A DNA stretch of 64,000 nt. It comes from Chiloscyllium plagiosum. Lineage: Eukaryota. The stretch covers positions 86,040,056 to 86,104,055 of the forward strand of contig NC_057719.1 of assembly GCF_004010195.1 (NCBI RefSeq). The letters are read 5' to 3'. The notes below the pieces were generated by a model that was not told the origin of the DNA, made no database searches, and saw only the letters and a program-made list of their open reading frames with translations. Numbering within the stretch: position 1 is the stretch's first letter; every line of letters starts with the position of its first letter. Positions 1 to 12,129 of this stretch are shown here, one piece after another. The translations under genes and the position numbers were made by a program.

Positions 1-315
1 CTGTCCTTGCATCATCCATTTTTACTTCCCTCTGCCCTTGTTTCAGCCTTGTCTCCTGCCCTCTGTACTTGGGCCACCTCTTCATCATTGAACCATTCTG
101 AAGTGTTCTATTGAGTGATAGCTCCAGTTGCTCTAGTGCAGCTCCACACATTGACAAATATCTGCCACTAGATGGGGCCTTGTCAATCTAAAAATATGTA
201 CAGGTATTTAAAATACCGCATTGCAAAGAGTTTTATTATGGTTAGGGATTTATTTTGCCATGAAAAGTATTTCAGTTCAGAATGCACGGTGTTGTAGATA
301 TACGGTAGAGTGTTT

Positions 316-525
316 AGAACATAGAACATAGAACAATACAGGCCCTTCAGCCCACGATGTTGTGCCGAACATTTGTCCTAGCTTAAGCACCTATCCATGT
401 ACCTATCCAGTTGCCGCTTAAAGGTCACCAATGATTCAGACTCTGCCACTCCCACAGGCAGCGCATTCCATGCCCCCACCACTCTCTGGGTAAAGAACCT
501 ACCCCTGACATCCACCCTATGCCCT
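316..525 (-). mobile_element. CR1-like LINE 3' end
   Basis: (TAGAACA)n tail followed by typical CR1 3' sequence (gcattccatgcccccaccactctctgggtaaagaa). Confidence 0.75.
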
Positions 526-934
526 CAATTTTGACTTCTCCCCCTGTCACTGCTAGCCCCTTGTGGAAAATAGTATTACATTGGTGACACTCCAAAATCT
601 GAAAAATTGAATTTGGACAACAAATTTCTTTTGTTTTTCCTCTCCTTCACTCTCTCTCTGTTTTCCAATTAAGATTATGTTGTCATTCCTGATTTTTCAA
701 TCATATTGTATGACTTCAAATTCTGTGTTGCTAAACTGTATTTGTGTATCTTTTTGACCATATGTTTAATCACATATTTTGCATCATTCTCTTCTCTGTG
801 CTATGTCATTGCTTTATACAGATCAATCTCCTTGTGCAGATCTCTCCATCTTTGACCCTATCCCTGTAATCCTCTCTTGTTTGTGCTCACACGAATACCC
901 CCTCTCCCCTCCCAAAAACGCTACCCTCCAGCTT

Positions 935-1182
935 CTGAAATAAAAGCAAAATGCTGCAGTTTCTGGAGATCTGAAATTTACAAAAAATAAGAATCCAGCT
1001 GGTCTGGGAGCATCTATGGAGAGAAAAATGGATTTAATGTCTGAAATCCAGTCTGACTCTGCTTTAGAATGTCTTTACAGAAGGAAAGTCACTTTGAACT
1101 TGGACTTGTCTTTTTCTTTCTCTGTCCTCAGAAACTGCCATATTTGCTGCATTTCTCCAGTACTTTGTTTTTATTTCAGAAA
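935..1182. mobile_element. Old, degenerate palindromic Penelope-like terminal fragment
   Basis: atgctgcag..ctggagatctgaaa..ggtctgggagcatctatggagagaaa with a diverged inverted copy ending ..tttgtttttatttcaga. Confidence 0.5.
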
Positions 1183-2849
1183 CTGAAGTAATGTGGAAAA
1201 CTTTTGTCACACTACCTGCTATCAATATAGTAATGTAGAAGACTAGTCTTAACTGCAGCAACATTCAGAGAAACGCAGATCAACATTAATTTGTTGTTTT
1301 GACATATTATTGTATCCACTTTTCTTATCACTTTGTTTGAAATTGTATGTAGGTTGTATATTTCCTTTATTCCTTGAACTGGTTATTTCTACACTGTGAA
1401 TTGGACTGTACATTTCTATACTCTCTTGTGTTTTAAAATGAATGATTGCCCTGCATAGCTTATCATTACTGCACAATTATAATAACAATTACAATATGCA
1501 TAGTGAAACGTGACATTTGCTCTAGTATGAATACCTATGTTTTTTCATAGAAATCTTAATTTCATAGTCACCACTTGCCAGTTATTACCGCTGATGACCT
1601 TTTTCTTGCTGAATAAACATTTTTGACAGCTTCAAACTGTTGTTGTAGGAATGCTTATTGATCAACATTCTCAGTTGTGTTTCATGTCAGTGTTGGTTCA
1701 TTGCTGCAAGGGCTTTTAACAGTGTTTCCTGGCAACGTATTTCTATTTTTACAAGTTACATTATGTTAGATTAAAACTGTACAACATGGAATAATTGCAG
1801 ACAATGAGCAGACAATTGCAGACACAATAGGACTGGGATAAAGGGGTGTTTGACAACCTTTGTTGGTGAAACCTTTGGCCCATATTTTGTTATTTTGCAT
1901 TGTGTGCCATTCTAAATAAGCCAATAAAAGTTTGCAATTAAATACTACTAACTGTCATTGACAATTTATACAAAATGAAGCACAGCTATTTTAAATAATG
2001 TAGCAAAGAAATGCAAATGCATTCACATTACTTAAATTACAGTTAGGTAGAGTAAGAGTTAATGTACTGGAGCAGGCTTTGTGTGGAATGCTTTTATTTG
2101 TTACTAATGTTTCTTATGTTTCTATTTTATATATATTTTATGCCACAGGAATGGTGATTCCAGAAGTGATTTCTGGCTGATTTGTTTTTGTAAATTGATG
2201 ACCATTGCCTTACTAGGAATGATTTCACATAATTTCTTTTACCTTTTTTAGCCGCAATTTTTTGGAGCTGGCTGTTCCTTGTTTCTCTCCTTTCCTTCCT
2301 CATCTTACGAATTCACTTTCTTGTGAGGAAGTTTGTTTGATTGTCTATCTTAAATCATCTGTCCAGGATGACCCCAAAGTTCTCCCATTTCAAGATCTAA
2401 CTTGATCTTAAATGATTCCAGAAGTTCCACCTCTGCTTCTTTATTTGATATCACATACTGATTTTTGATCTCTCTTTTTATATGGAAAGAATTTTGTTTC
2501 CTAAATGCAGTGCTTTGTATTGATCAATATAAAGCCAAATGTGTAATTATTCTTTTCTAATTTTGTCATTTTTCAGTTGCATCCCTTTTATTCCACTGCC
2601 TGAACTATTATAATGCCTTTTGCAAATTTGTCAGATTTATGTTAGGCTTAAAATTTCAAGTAACTAATGTAATTCAGGAACAGCAATGATTACATTGATC
2701 CCATGACACTGAATGTATGGGTCTACCATCCCCCTAAGATAGTCATGATCAAAGTGACCTTGAGATTTGTCTGGCATATATTATTCTTCCTAGATGAGCA
2801 AAACAGGATTGTACAGCTGTAACAGCAGTGCTTCTTAGCTATGTTTCTG

Positions 2850-3990
2850 AATTTTAGCAAGTACTCCATCTGGTACAGGGGCTATGTTGTTTTTCAACTA
2901 TTTAGTTGCTTTCTTAATTTTACTCAGGAACTAGGAGCATCAATACCAAGCTGGAAGGGCATTGAGTGATGAAGTTGAGGATGTTTGAGTCAAAGACAGA
3001 ATTTTGGTTGAAGAATCAAAATATTCTCTCTACTAATCTTCAGTACTTGGGCCACATTGTTCATCTTGATAGTGCTGAAGAGATGTTTTGGTGTCTTCAA
3101 GTTGCTGCATCTCCCAAACTCTGTCTACCCAATACTTGTTCTTCATGTTATGGGTTCAGGCTTATTTAGCTGCTTGTTACTTTTCTCTTGAGCCATTGTG
3201 GAAAATCCAATCTTGATAAGTCTGTGCACAAACTTGATTAAATCCTGCATCTGTTTGTTGTTTGCATCACAATGGTCAAAGTGTTTCTTTGTAGAGAGAC
3301 CAAGGCCTCTTTACAGGTGTTTATTCTGGTGTACTCTGAGGCTGACCAGGCATTATTGTCACACTGTAGCTCCTGATGACTGAAGAAGAGGTTGGCAGTG
3401 AGTGACTGACAGGGAAGAGCCACCTTGGTTGTAACTTTGAGGTCTTTGATGTTAATTTTCTTGCAGCACTGCTTCAACTAGGAGGCCAGCCCGATGAGGA
3501 TTGTCAATTTTGTGGGTGCGTGTGTGTGTGAGAGAGAGAGAGATTGACATTTCTGCAGTTCTATGCTCACACTATGATATAGCCCAGTAGGAGCCATGCA
3601 ACATTGGACCATAAAGGTGACACAGGTGTTGGTTAGGACAAGGGCATGTTCTAGGTATCTCCTCAGGGTGAGGATACCATCGTACTTTGTTTACTGCGCT
3701 CTGTTCTCGCCACTCATGCACTTCCAGATATTCATCTTTCTTTAATTTGTGATTGGAAGATCCAAAGGGATATTTTAGTTTGCTGTCTCCTGGGATTCAG
3801 GCTAGGAATTGTTCAAGATTCACTCGAGTCCTTCCTTGGCCTTGTCCATTGCTTTGAGTGTAAGATGTTGATCCCTCATTAGAGTCACTGAGACACTAGA
3901 CAAGGTTATTAGTGATGCTGAAACCGATCCTGTGGTTGCACTTCTGGAAGGAACTTATAGAGAAAGATGTACTTCTGCCTTATTCCTTCT
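2850..3990 (-). mobile_element. Ancient RTE-clade LINE remnant (endonuclease/linker region)
   Basis: Minus-strand translation gives decayed RTE-like stretches (KKINIKDL; region resembling LG..RKH.DWFD.N..I..LI); heavily mutated. Confidence 0.45.
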
Positions 3991-3992
3991 CT

Positions 3993-4122
3993 GCTCATTC
4001 CTGAAGAAGGGCCTGTGCCCGAAATGTCGAATCTCCTGTTCCCTGGATGCTGCCTGACCTGCTGTGCTGTTCCAGCAATAAAGTTTCAACTTTGATCTCC
4101 AGCATCTGCAGACCTCACTTTT
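3993..4122 (+). mobile_element. Penelope-like element 3' terminus with minimal hammerhead motif
   Basis: Same terminal sequence as the PLE copies at 22.5, 30.5, 43 and 54 kb. Confidence 0.8.
3997..4032 (+). ncRNA. Minimal type I hammerhead ribozyme motif
   Basis: attc-CTGAAGA-A-GGGC ctgt GCCC-GAAA-T-GTC^-gaat: core, helix II and 4-bp helix I all present. Confidence 0.7.
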
Positions 4123-4528
4123 TACCACCGAAGTAAGACTAACTGGCCTGTAATTCCTGGGGTTATCCCTATCCCCTGTTTTGAACAGGGGCACAACATT
4201 CGCCACTCTCCAGTCCCCTGGTACCACCCCCGTTGACAGTGAAGACGAAAAGATCATTGCCAACGGCTCTGCAATTTCCTCTCTTGCTTCCCACATAATC
4301 CTAGGACATATCCGAGGATTTATCCCAGGGGACTTGTCTATCCTCAAGTTTTTCAAAATGCCCAGCACATCTTCCTTCCTAACAAGTATCTCCTCTAGCT
4401 TACCAGTCCGTTTCATACTCTCCTCTTCAACAATACAGTCCCTCTCATTTGTAAATACTGAAGAAAAGTACTCATTCAAGACCTCAGCTATCTCTCCCGA
4501 CTCAATACACAGTCTCCCACTACTGACC
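4123..4528 (-). mobile_element. Young CR1-like LINE ORF2 fragment
   Basis: DKSPG..PRIMWEAREEIAEPL..VPGDWRVANVVPLFK..NYRPVSLTSVV. Confidence 0.9.
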
Positions 4529-5169
4529 TTTCGGAATTTTCCAAGATGAAAAATGTTGAAAGGCACTCACCTCTGACTTTAATATTGGTTCCTGTGGGAA
4601 TTTATGATTGACTTAAATTTGTGATTTTCAGGATTGCTGCCATAACTTTAAACAAAGATTTCTGACCCAGTTCAGTGACTTGTAAATGGTAGTTGACAGC
4701 TTCGGTAAAAAGATGATTTTTTTTAAAATTAAAAATTAAAAAGATAGAGTGATGGGCTCAGATCCAGAGCAGCAGGAAAATACCTTCATAAATGGATAAA
4801 GGAGAAGCTCAATTTACTTTACTTGTCTAAGGAATAATTGTGAATGGAGAATAGGATATAGTTAAAGACCATAGAATGGACTTTTATACTCAATCTCTTG
4901 ATTCACAATACAATGAAAATGAAATTAGTAGCCTCAGGGAGTCCCTCACTTCTCACACACTTGGCCTCAATATCATCATAACTTATATTTGAACTCACCC
5001 CACCCTCATAAATTGTTTTTCTCTCTCTCTGTCTCACACACACACACAAATGGAACCTTCAGTCATTCACATGGCCCTGATTCATATAATTAATCACAGA
5101 TCATTAACAGACAGTTCTCATTCTCTAACATACTATCCTGAGTTTTATCATTTAAAAAAAATTGCTTGC

Positions 5170-5690
5170 AAGATGGGAGTGTTGCATCTTACAGATTGTA
5201 CACACTACTGCCACTGCAACCTAGTGAGAGAGGGAGTGAATTTTTCAGGGTGACTGGAAGCCAAGCAAGCAGGCTGCTTTGACCTGGACAGTGTCAAGCT
5301 TCTTGATTGTAATTGGAGTTGCACTCATCCAGGCAAATAAAGATTAGTTCATCACATCCTAGCATGTGCCATGCATGTGGGTATTGAGGAGTCAGAAATT
5401 AAGAACGTCCTTTGTAGCCAGTATTTAAATAGCTGGTCTGATTCCGTTGGTGACCAATGGTAACCTCCAGGATGTTGATAATGAGGGATTCAGTAATGAT
5501 AATCCATTAAATGTGAAGGGAAGGGAGGTGATTAGACTCTTGATTGTTGGAGATGGTCACAGCCTTGCACTTGTGTAGATAAAATGGTACCTATCATTTA
5601 TCAGTCCATGAAATGTTAATCTAAGTCTTTAGATAGGCAGGCACAAACTACCTCAATATCTGAGCAGCTGCAAATAATCCTGAACACTTT
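5170..5690 (-). mobile_element. Decayed CR1/L2-clade LINE 3' region
   Basis: Antisense similarity to the 25.1 kb fragment (..ggatgagtgcaactccaat..caagaagcttgacactgtccagg..). Confidence 0.5.
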
Positions 5691-5789
5691 GTGTGGATAT
5701 GATATGACACAATTCACAGGTAAGTAGAACTTGAACCCTGACCTTCTAGCTCAGAGACAGTCATAAATACTGTATCTCAAGACCCCTCC

Positions 5790-7730
5790 ACAAACATTAG
5801 GAACGTACTAACAGCAGTGGACCATTTAGCCATCAAGGCTGGTCTGCCATTTAATATGATCATGTCCAATTGAACATTTTAATGTCTTTTGCCCACACTT
5901 TTCCCATTACTGTTCATGACATTGATAATCAAATAATTATCACTCTCTACTTGAAACATACTCAAACACTGAGCTTCCACAGCCCCCTGCAGTAGAGAAT
6001 TCCTATGATTCACTAAGCTCCGAGTCAAATACAATTCTCATTTTGATCCAAAATGGTATCCTCTATAGTTTTAAATTGTTCTGGACACCCCATTCAGGGG
6101 AAACATCTTGTTTGCGTCTACTCTGTCTACTCCTTTAAGTATTCTGTAAATTTTAATAAGATCAGAAACAAAAACAGATATTGCTGGAAAAGCTCAATGG
6201 CTGCAGCATCGATGGAGAAAAATCAGAGTTAACATTTTAGGTTGAGTGACCCTTCCTCAGAACTGATTGTAGCTAAGAAAGTGTCAGTTTATATGCAGAA
6301 GATAGGCTGGGGGAGGGGGTAAGAAGTAAATGATGGGTGTTGGTAGAGCCCAAAGAGAGAGAAGAACAGTTAGACAGACACAGGAGTGGATAACAATCTA
6401 ACCAGGAGGATGAATAGCTATTAATGGAGACTGTTAGGGAGAGAATTGTTATCACAGAAACATAAGAAAGACTAAGGTCTGCCCTGATAATCACATAATT
6501 ATAGAGTTAATAAGATCACCTCTCATTCCTCAAAACTTTAGAGTATAGGCTCAGTTTCCCTAATTTCCTTTCATTGGACAGACCTACCATCCTGGGAACA
6601 AATCAGGTGAATCTCTATTGCACTCCATCAATGGCAATATCTTTCCTGTTATAAGAAAACCAAAACTACACACAATACTCAGGTGCAATCAAACCAAGTC
6701 CTATACAATTTAAACAAGACTTCATTACTCCCGTGCTCAAATCCTTTTGCAATAAATGTTAACATTGCATTAGTCTTCCTAATAACTTGCTGCCCTTGCA
6801 GGTTAGCCTTCACTGACTTATTGACAAGAACACCAGGGTCCCTTTGCAAATCTCCACTTTTCAACCTCTGATCCCTTAAGAAATACCCTGCACATCTGTT
6901 CCTATTACCAACATGGATGATGTCATGTTTTTCCACAACTTATTGCATCTGCCACGTTCCTGTCTGAATCTTCCTGAAAACATTTTACATCTTTCTCACA
7001 ACACACCTTCCTGCTTAACCTGGTGTCATTTCAAATCTTCAAATAATACATTTGGTCCCCACATCCAAATACTCCACTAAGTGGGGTCCATATATTCCAC
7101 TAGTCATAGTCCACCAACATAAGAATAATCCATTTATTCCTAGCTTTCACTTTCTGTTTGTTAGTCAATCCTTAATTCAGACAGTTACAGTTCCTCCAAT
7201 ACTAAATTGGAGTAATACTTTAATCTGAGGGAGAAATTATCAAAAGCCTTTTGAAAATCTTAATAGACTACATCAATCAACTCCTCTTTATCAATTTTGT
7301 TAGTGATATCTTGAAAAAACAACCTTAGATATATTTGTCAAACTCGATTTTTCCTTTCCAAAAACATGCTGGTAATGCTGAATCAGGCCCCCCCCCCCCC
7401 CCTCCCCTAAGTGTTCATTTATTACTTTATGATAGCTCTTAGCATTTTCCCCACTATTAATGCGAAGTTGACATGTCTGTAGTTCTTTGCCTTTTTCCTC
7501 ACTTCTTTCCTAAACAGTCAGGTGACATTTGCAAGTTACCAATCTGCAGGAATCATTGCAAGATCACTGATATTTCGAAACATGATTACTAATGGATTGT
7601 TTGTTGCTACAGCCATCTTCCTTCACCTATTGAACACTATCAGATCCTGAGCACTTATCAGCTTTCAGGCCCATTAATTTCTCCAGCACAACCTTCTTAC
7701 TGATTTCCTTCAAATCGTCCTTCTTAATCT
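5790..7730 (-). mobile_element. Decayed CR1-like LINE (RT to 3' end), interrupted by a PLE
   Basis: QRDPGVLV..ANAML-like, KLYRT motifs in ORF 6679..6936; CR1 3' UTR features. Confidence 0.8.
6164..6445 (-). mobile_element. Penelope-like element terminus (third family), degenerate hammerhead
   Basis: Minus strand gtt-CTGAGGA-A-GGGTC actc AACCT-AAAA-TGTT-aac; purine-rich 3' UTR typical of the other PLEs here. Confidence 0.6.
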
Positions 7731-8759
7731 TTATAGTTTTCAGCAAACACACCCGTACCCGACTTTAGGAAGGCCATTGGGGTAAGTGATGAAGCTGATA
7801 TAGACGTTTGAGTCAAAAATTCTGCACGAAGGAACTCCTTCAGCAATATAATTGTTGGCCTCTAATAATTGCAAAAAGCAAATTGCTTTGTGCTAGGTAT
7901 GACTTCAGGCAGTGGAGGGTTTCCCTGTTACTGCTGGTGACTTCAATTTTGCTAGGTCTCTTTGATTCTACACGTTTCATTGATATGAAGGTCTGTCACT
8001 CTGACCTCTGTAATTCAGCATTTAGGTGCACATTTGGACCAATGTTGACCTGAAGTCTGGAGTCAAGTGATTCTGATATAATCCAAAATCAACATTGGTG
8101 AGCAGGTTACTTTGTTTTTCTTTTCTCCTACACATAAATAAATGTATTGTCCTCAAGCAGAAATTTAATATAGCACAAGCAGATGTGTATTAGGAAATCT
8201 AAATATATCAGATGCAACATGACTGCACAACCACTCAATGATGAGACTCCACCACAGCTTATCTTTAATTTTGCTGCTGCACCTTCTTCAACTATCTTGG
8301 AAGCTGTGCTGTTGACATTTCTGATCAGCCCAAGTTCATACTGCAGTCACTTTCTGGCTGTGAACTTTGTATGTTTTGCAGTAACAGCACCGTAATATGT
8401 CTAACATGGTTTGAAACATTCCTCAAATTCAATGTGATTCCTTTGAGCTCCTTGTGTAAGGAAAAGGTGCTGCCAGAGTTGCAGTTGCTAAACGTAGTGA
8501 TTTAGAACCAACAGGAAACGTTTCTCCATATAAAGAGTTAGGATGCTGTGAATTCATATTCCAAGATTAGAGTGTTAGACAGAAATTCTGAACCAGAAAT
8601 TGCTGGAGTTATAATGGTACAGTAACTTTTGCACATATTAGATTGTGGAAGATCTTCAGGAAAAAGTAAATTTCTGGACATTTAGCAGTGCTTTGCTATT
8701 AGCTTCACAAAAGTCAAATGACAATTATGAATTACCATGTAAATATGAATTATTACTGT

Positions 8760-10513
8760 CTTGGCTTTTACAAATACATTAAGGACAAAAGGGTAACTAG
8801 GAAGAGAATAGGGTCCCTCAAAGATCAGCAAGGCGGTCTTTGTGTGGAGCCGCAGATGAGGGAGACACTAAACGAGTATTTAGAATCAGTATTCACTGTG
8901 GAAAAGGATATGGAAGATATAGAATGTAGGGTAATAGATGGCGACATCTTGAAAAATGTCCATATTACAGAGGAGGAAGTGCTGGATGTCTTGAAACGCA
9001 TATAGGTGGATAAAGCCCCCGGACTTGATCAGGTGTACCCTACAACTCTGTGGGAAGCTATGGACGTGATTGCTGGGCCTCTTGCTGAGATATCTGTAAC
9101 ATCGATAGTCACAGGTGAGGTGCTGGAAGACTGGAGGTTGGCTAATGTGGTGCCACTATTTAGGAAAGGTGGTAAGGACAAGGCATGGAACTATACACCA
9201 GTGAGCCTGACATCGGTGGTGGGCAGGTTGTTTGAGAGAATCTTGAGGGACAGGATGTACGTGTATTTGGAAAGGCAAGGACTGATTAGGAATAGTCAAC
9301 ATGGCTTTGTGCATGGGAAATCATGTCTCACAAACTTGATTGAGTTTTTTGAAGAAGTAACAAAAACAGTTGATGAGGGCTGAGCAGTAGATGTGATCTA
9401 TATGGACTTCAGTAAGGTGTTCAACAGGGTTCCCCATGGGAGACTGATTAGCAAGGTTAGATCTCATGGAATACAGGCAGAACTAACCATTTGAATACAG
9501 AACTGGCTCAATGGTAGAAGATAGAGGGTGGTGGTGGAGGGTGGTTTTTTAGTCTGGAGGCCTGTGACCGGTGGAGTGCCACAAGGATCGGTGCTGGATC
9601 CACTACTTTTCGTCATTTATATAAATGATTTGGATGTGAGCATAAGAGGTATAGTAGTAAGTTTGCAGATGACACCAAAATTGGAGGTGTAGTGGACAGC
9701 CAAGAAGGTTACCTCAGATTACAACGGGATCTTGATCAGATGAGCAAATGGGTTGAGGAGTGGCAGATGGAGTTTAATCTAAATAAATACAAGGTGCTGC
9801 ATTTTGGAAAAGCAAATCTTAGCAGGACTTATACACTTAATGGTAAGGTCCAAGGGAGTGTTGCTACAGAGACCTTGGAGTGCAGGTTCATAGCTCCTTG
9901 AAAGTGGAGTCACAGGTAGATAGGATAGTTAAGAAGGCATTTGGTATCCTTTCCTTTATTGGTCAGAGTATTAAGTACAGGAGTTGGGAGGTCATGTTTT
10001 GGCTGTACAGGACATTGGTTAGGCCACTGTTGGAATATTGCATGCAATTCTGGTCTCCTTCCTATTGGAAGAATGTTGTGAAACTTGAAAGGGTTCAGAA
10101 GAGATTTACAAGGATGTTGACCTATAGGGAGAGGTTGTATATTAGGGCTGTTTTCCCTGGAGCATGGAGGCTGAGGGGTGACCTTATAGAGGTTTATAAA
10201 ACCATGAGGGGTATGGATAGGGTAAACAGACAAGGTCTTTTCCCTAGGATGGAGGAGTCCAGAACTAGAGGGCATAGGTTTAGTCTGACAGAGGAAAGAT
10301 ATAAAAGAGACCTAAGGGGCCTGTGTGGAATGGGCTGCCACAGGAAGTGGTGCAACATTTAAAAGGTATCTATGGGTATATGAATAGGAAGTGTTTGGAG
10401 GGATGCATGGGCCATGTGCTGGCAGGTGGGACTCGATTGGCTTGGGATATCTGGTCGGCATGGACAATTTGACCGAAGGCTCTGTTTCAGTGCTGTACAT
10501 CTCTATGACTCTG
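8760..10513 (+). mobile_element. CR1-like (HER1-like) LINE, ORF2 RT domain to 3' tail, with stops and frameshifts
   Basis: [57 protein letters not shown]; ctctatgact tail. Confidence 0.95.
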
Positions 10514-11707
10514 TGGTGATAATTGCTTGTAAGCAATGTTGTATGGACTTTAATGATGATGCAATTTATGATCCTGAAATGGCAATGAACTTTGGAAATC
10601 TATAGCATGACCAAAAGAAGCTCTGGGGTCTTACTCCAGCAGGTAAAGAATTGTTGTGAGAGTATTTCTTAATCCTTCGCATATGTCTTGGCAATCTATT
10701 GTGCTCTGCTTGCCATTCAAGCTCCTGCCAGATTGAGAAGGCAATAAAAATGAAGATGCAAAATGTTTTTACACAGAAGTGGTAATTCGATAGGTTTCTT
10801 TCAGTTAATAACATCCTGAAATACACAATATGTATAAGTTTAAGACTTAACAAGTTGTACGTAAAGCAGGCCAGAGAGCAACAAATGATTCTAGACCTAT
10901 AGTCTCCAAAGCTACAGGCATTTCTGGTGTGTTGTATAATTATTGATTAAGATTGATCTTTTCAGGTTAGTCATCAGCTCTACAATTATGTGAGTATCAG
11001 GGTGATAGAAGATGAACTAGATGGTAGCATTTCTTATATTTCTACAATAACAAATCCCTCTCTAACTTGAGTGTGGGTCTACCTATAAAACATGAAGGGC
11101 AACAGTTGAAGAAAACAGCTCACCACCACCTTCTCAAGTATAACTAGGGACAGGCAACAAAGGCTAGCTCTGCCAACGATTCCCATGTCCCATGACAGAA
11201 TTTAAGAAAATGCATGACCCATTGCATGTTCCACTGTTCTTAGTGAGAGGTTGAGTTTGCTGGCTCAACATTTCAAGGTGAAAGAGTTTGTGCATTTTGC
11301 CCATCTGCCCTGCCATTCCCTCAATAACTGCTCAAGGACCAACATAGAAATTCATAATTACAATTGACTTACAATTTTGTCTGCTTGCTACTTAATTTTT
11401 TTCTTTCTGTCTTGTTTTCTATCTTCTCAATCCACACTTTTATACTATCTCTTGTTTTACATTTTGTGTTTCTGAATTTTGTTTGACTCTAATTCTACCT
11501 ACTTATTCTTTCATCATTCACTCTGTCTCTCTTTAACTGGCTAAGACCAGAGGTTCACTTTGCTCAGTCTTATCTCCTTGACTAGGGAAAGAAATAAGAT
11601 CATAAAATGCTGTACTGAGGAATTCCTGAAACACTGAGTATTTTTTTTCACTGATTAAAGCAATAAGACCACTGAGCATGATGCTCGTGAGGCATTATAT
11701 CATTGAT

Positions 11708-11842
11708 ATGACTTGGAGATGCTGGTGTTGGACTGGGGTGTACAAAGTTATAGTCCAACAGTTTATTTGGAAGCAGCACTTCGAAAGCTAGAGCTTCCAA
11801 ATAACCTGGAGTATAACCTGCTGTTGTGTGATTTTTAACTTT
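11708..11842. mobile_element. Short palindromic PLE remnant (21.4-kb family)
   Basis: Inverted arms gttatagtccaaca..ttggaagc / gcttccaaa..tataac; direct repeat tatcattgatat at 11698-11709 and 11842-11853. Confidence 0.75.
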
Positions 11843-12129
11843 ATCATTGATATCACTGCACTTGTTATCAGATAAATATTCCAGCATTTTGCAATGTAAG
11901 TGTAGCACAATATAACTGGGGAGCAGAAAAATCTAAGTACTGTTTCTTGCTGCCAAACCCATCACTGCAACAATTTCTGGCCCTTCATCAACGTTCATGT
12001 TTACATTGAATTGGTGGATGAAGGCAAAAAGATTATCTTAGGGATAGCTTAATACTTAGTGGAATGGCATAGAGAATAGTGAGATAATAGGTGAAGTTGG
12101 AGTACAGGAGACAGAAAGGAAGTCCAAAA

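Noticed and set aside
3955-4566. 203-aa ORF, the longest in the track
   Set aside because: Chance in-frame fusion of a CR1 ORF2 fragment, an antisense PLE terminus and flank; not a gene.
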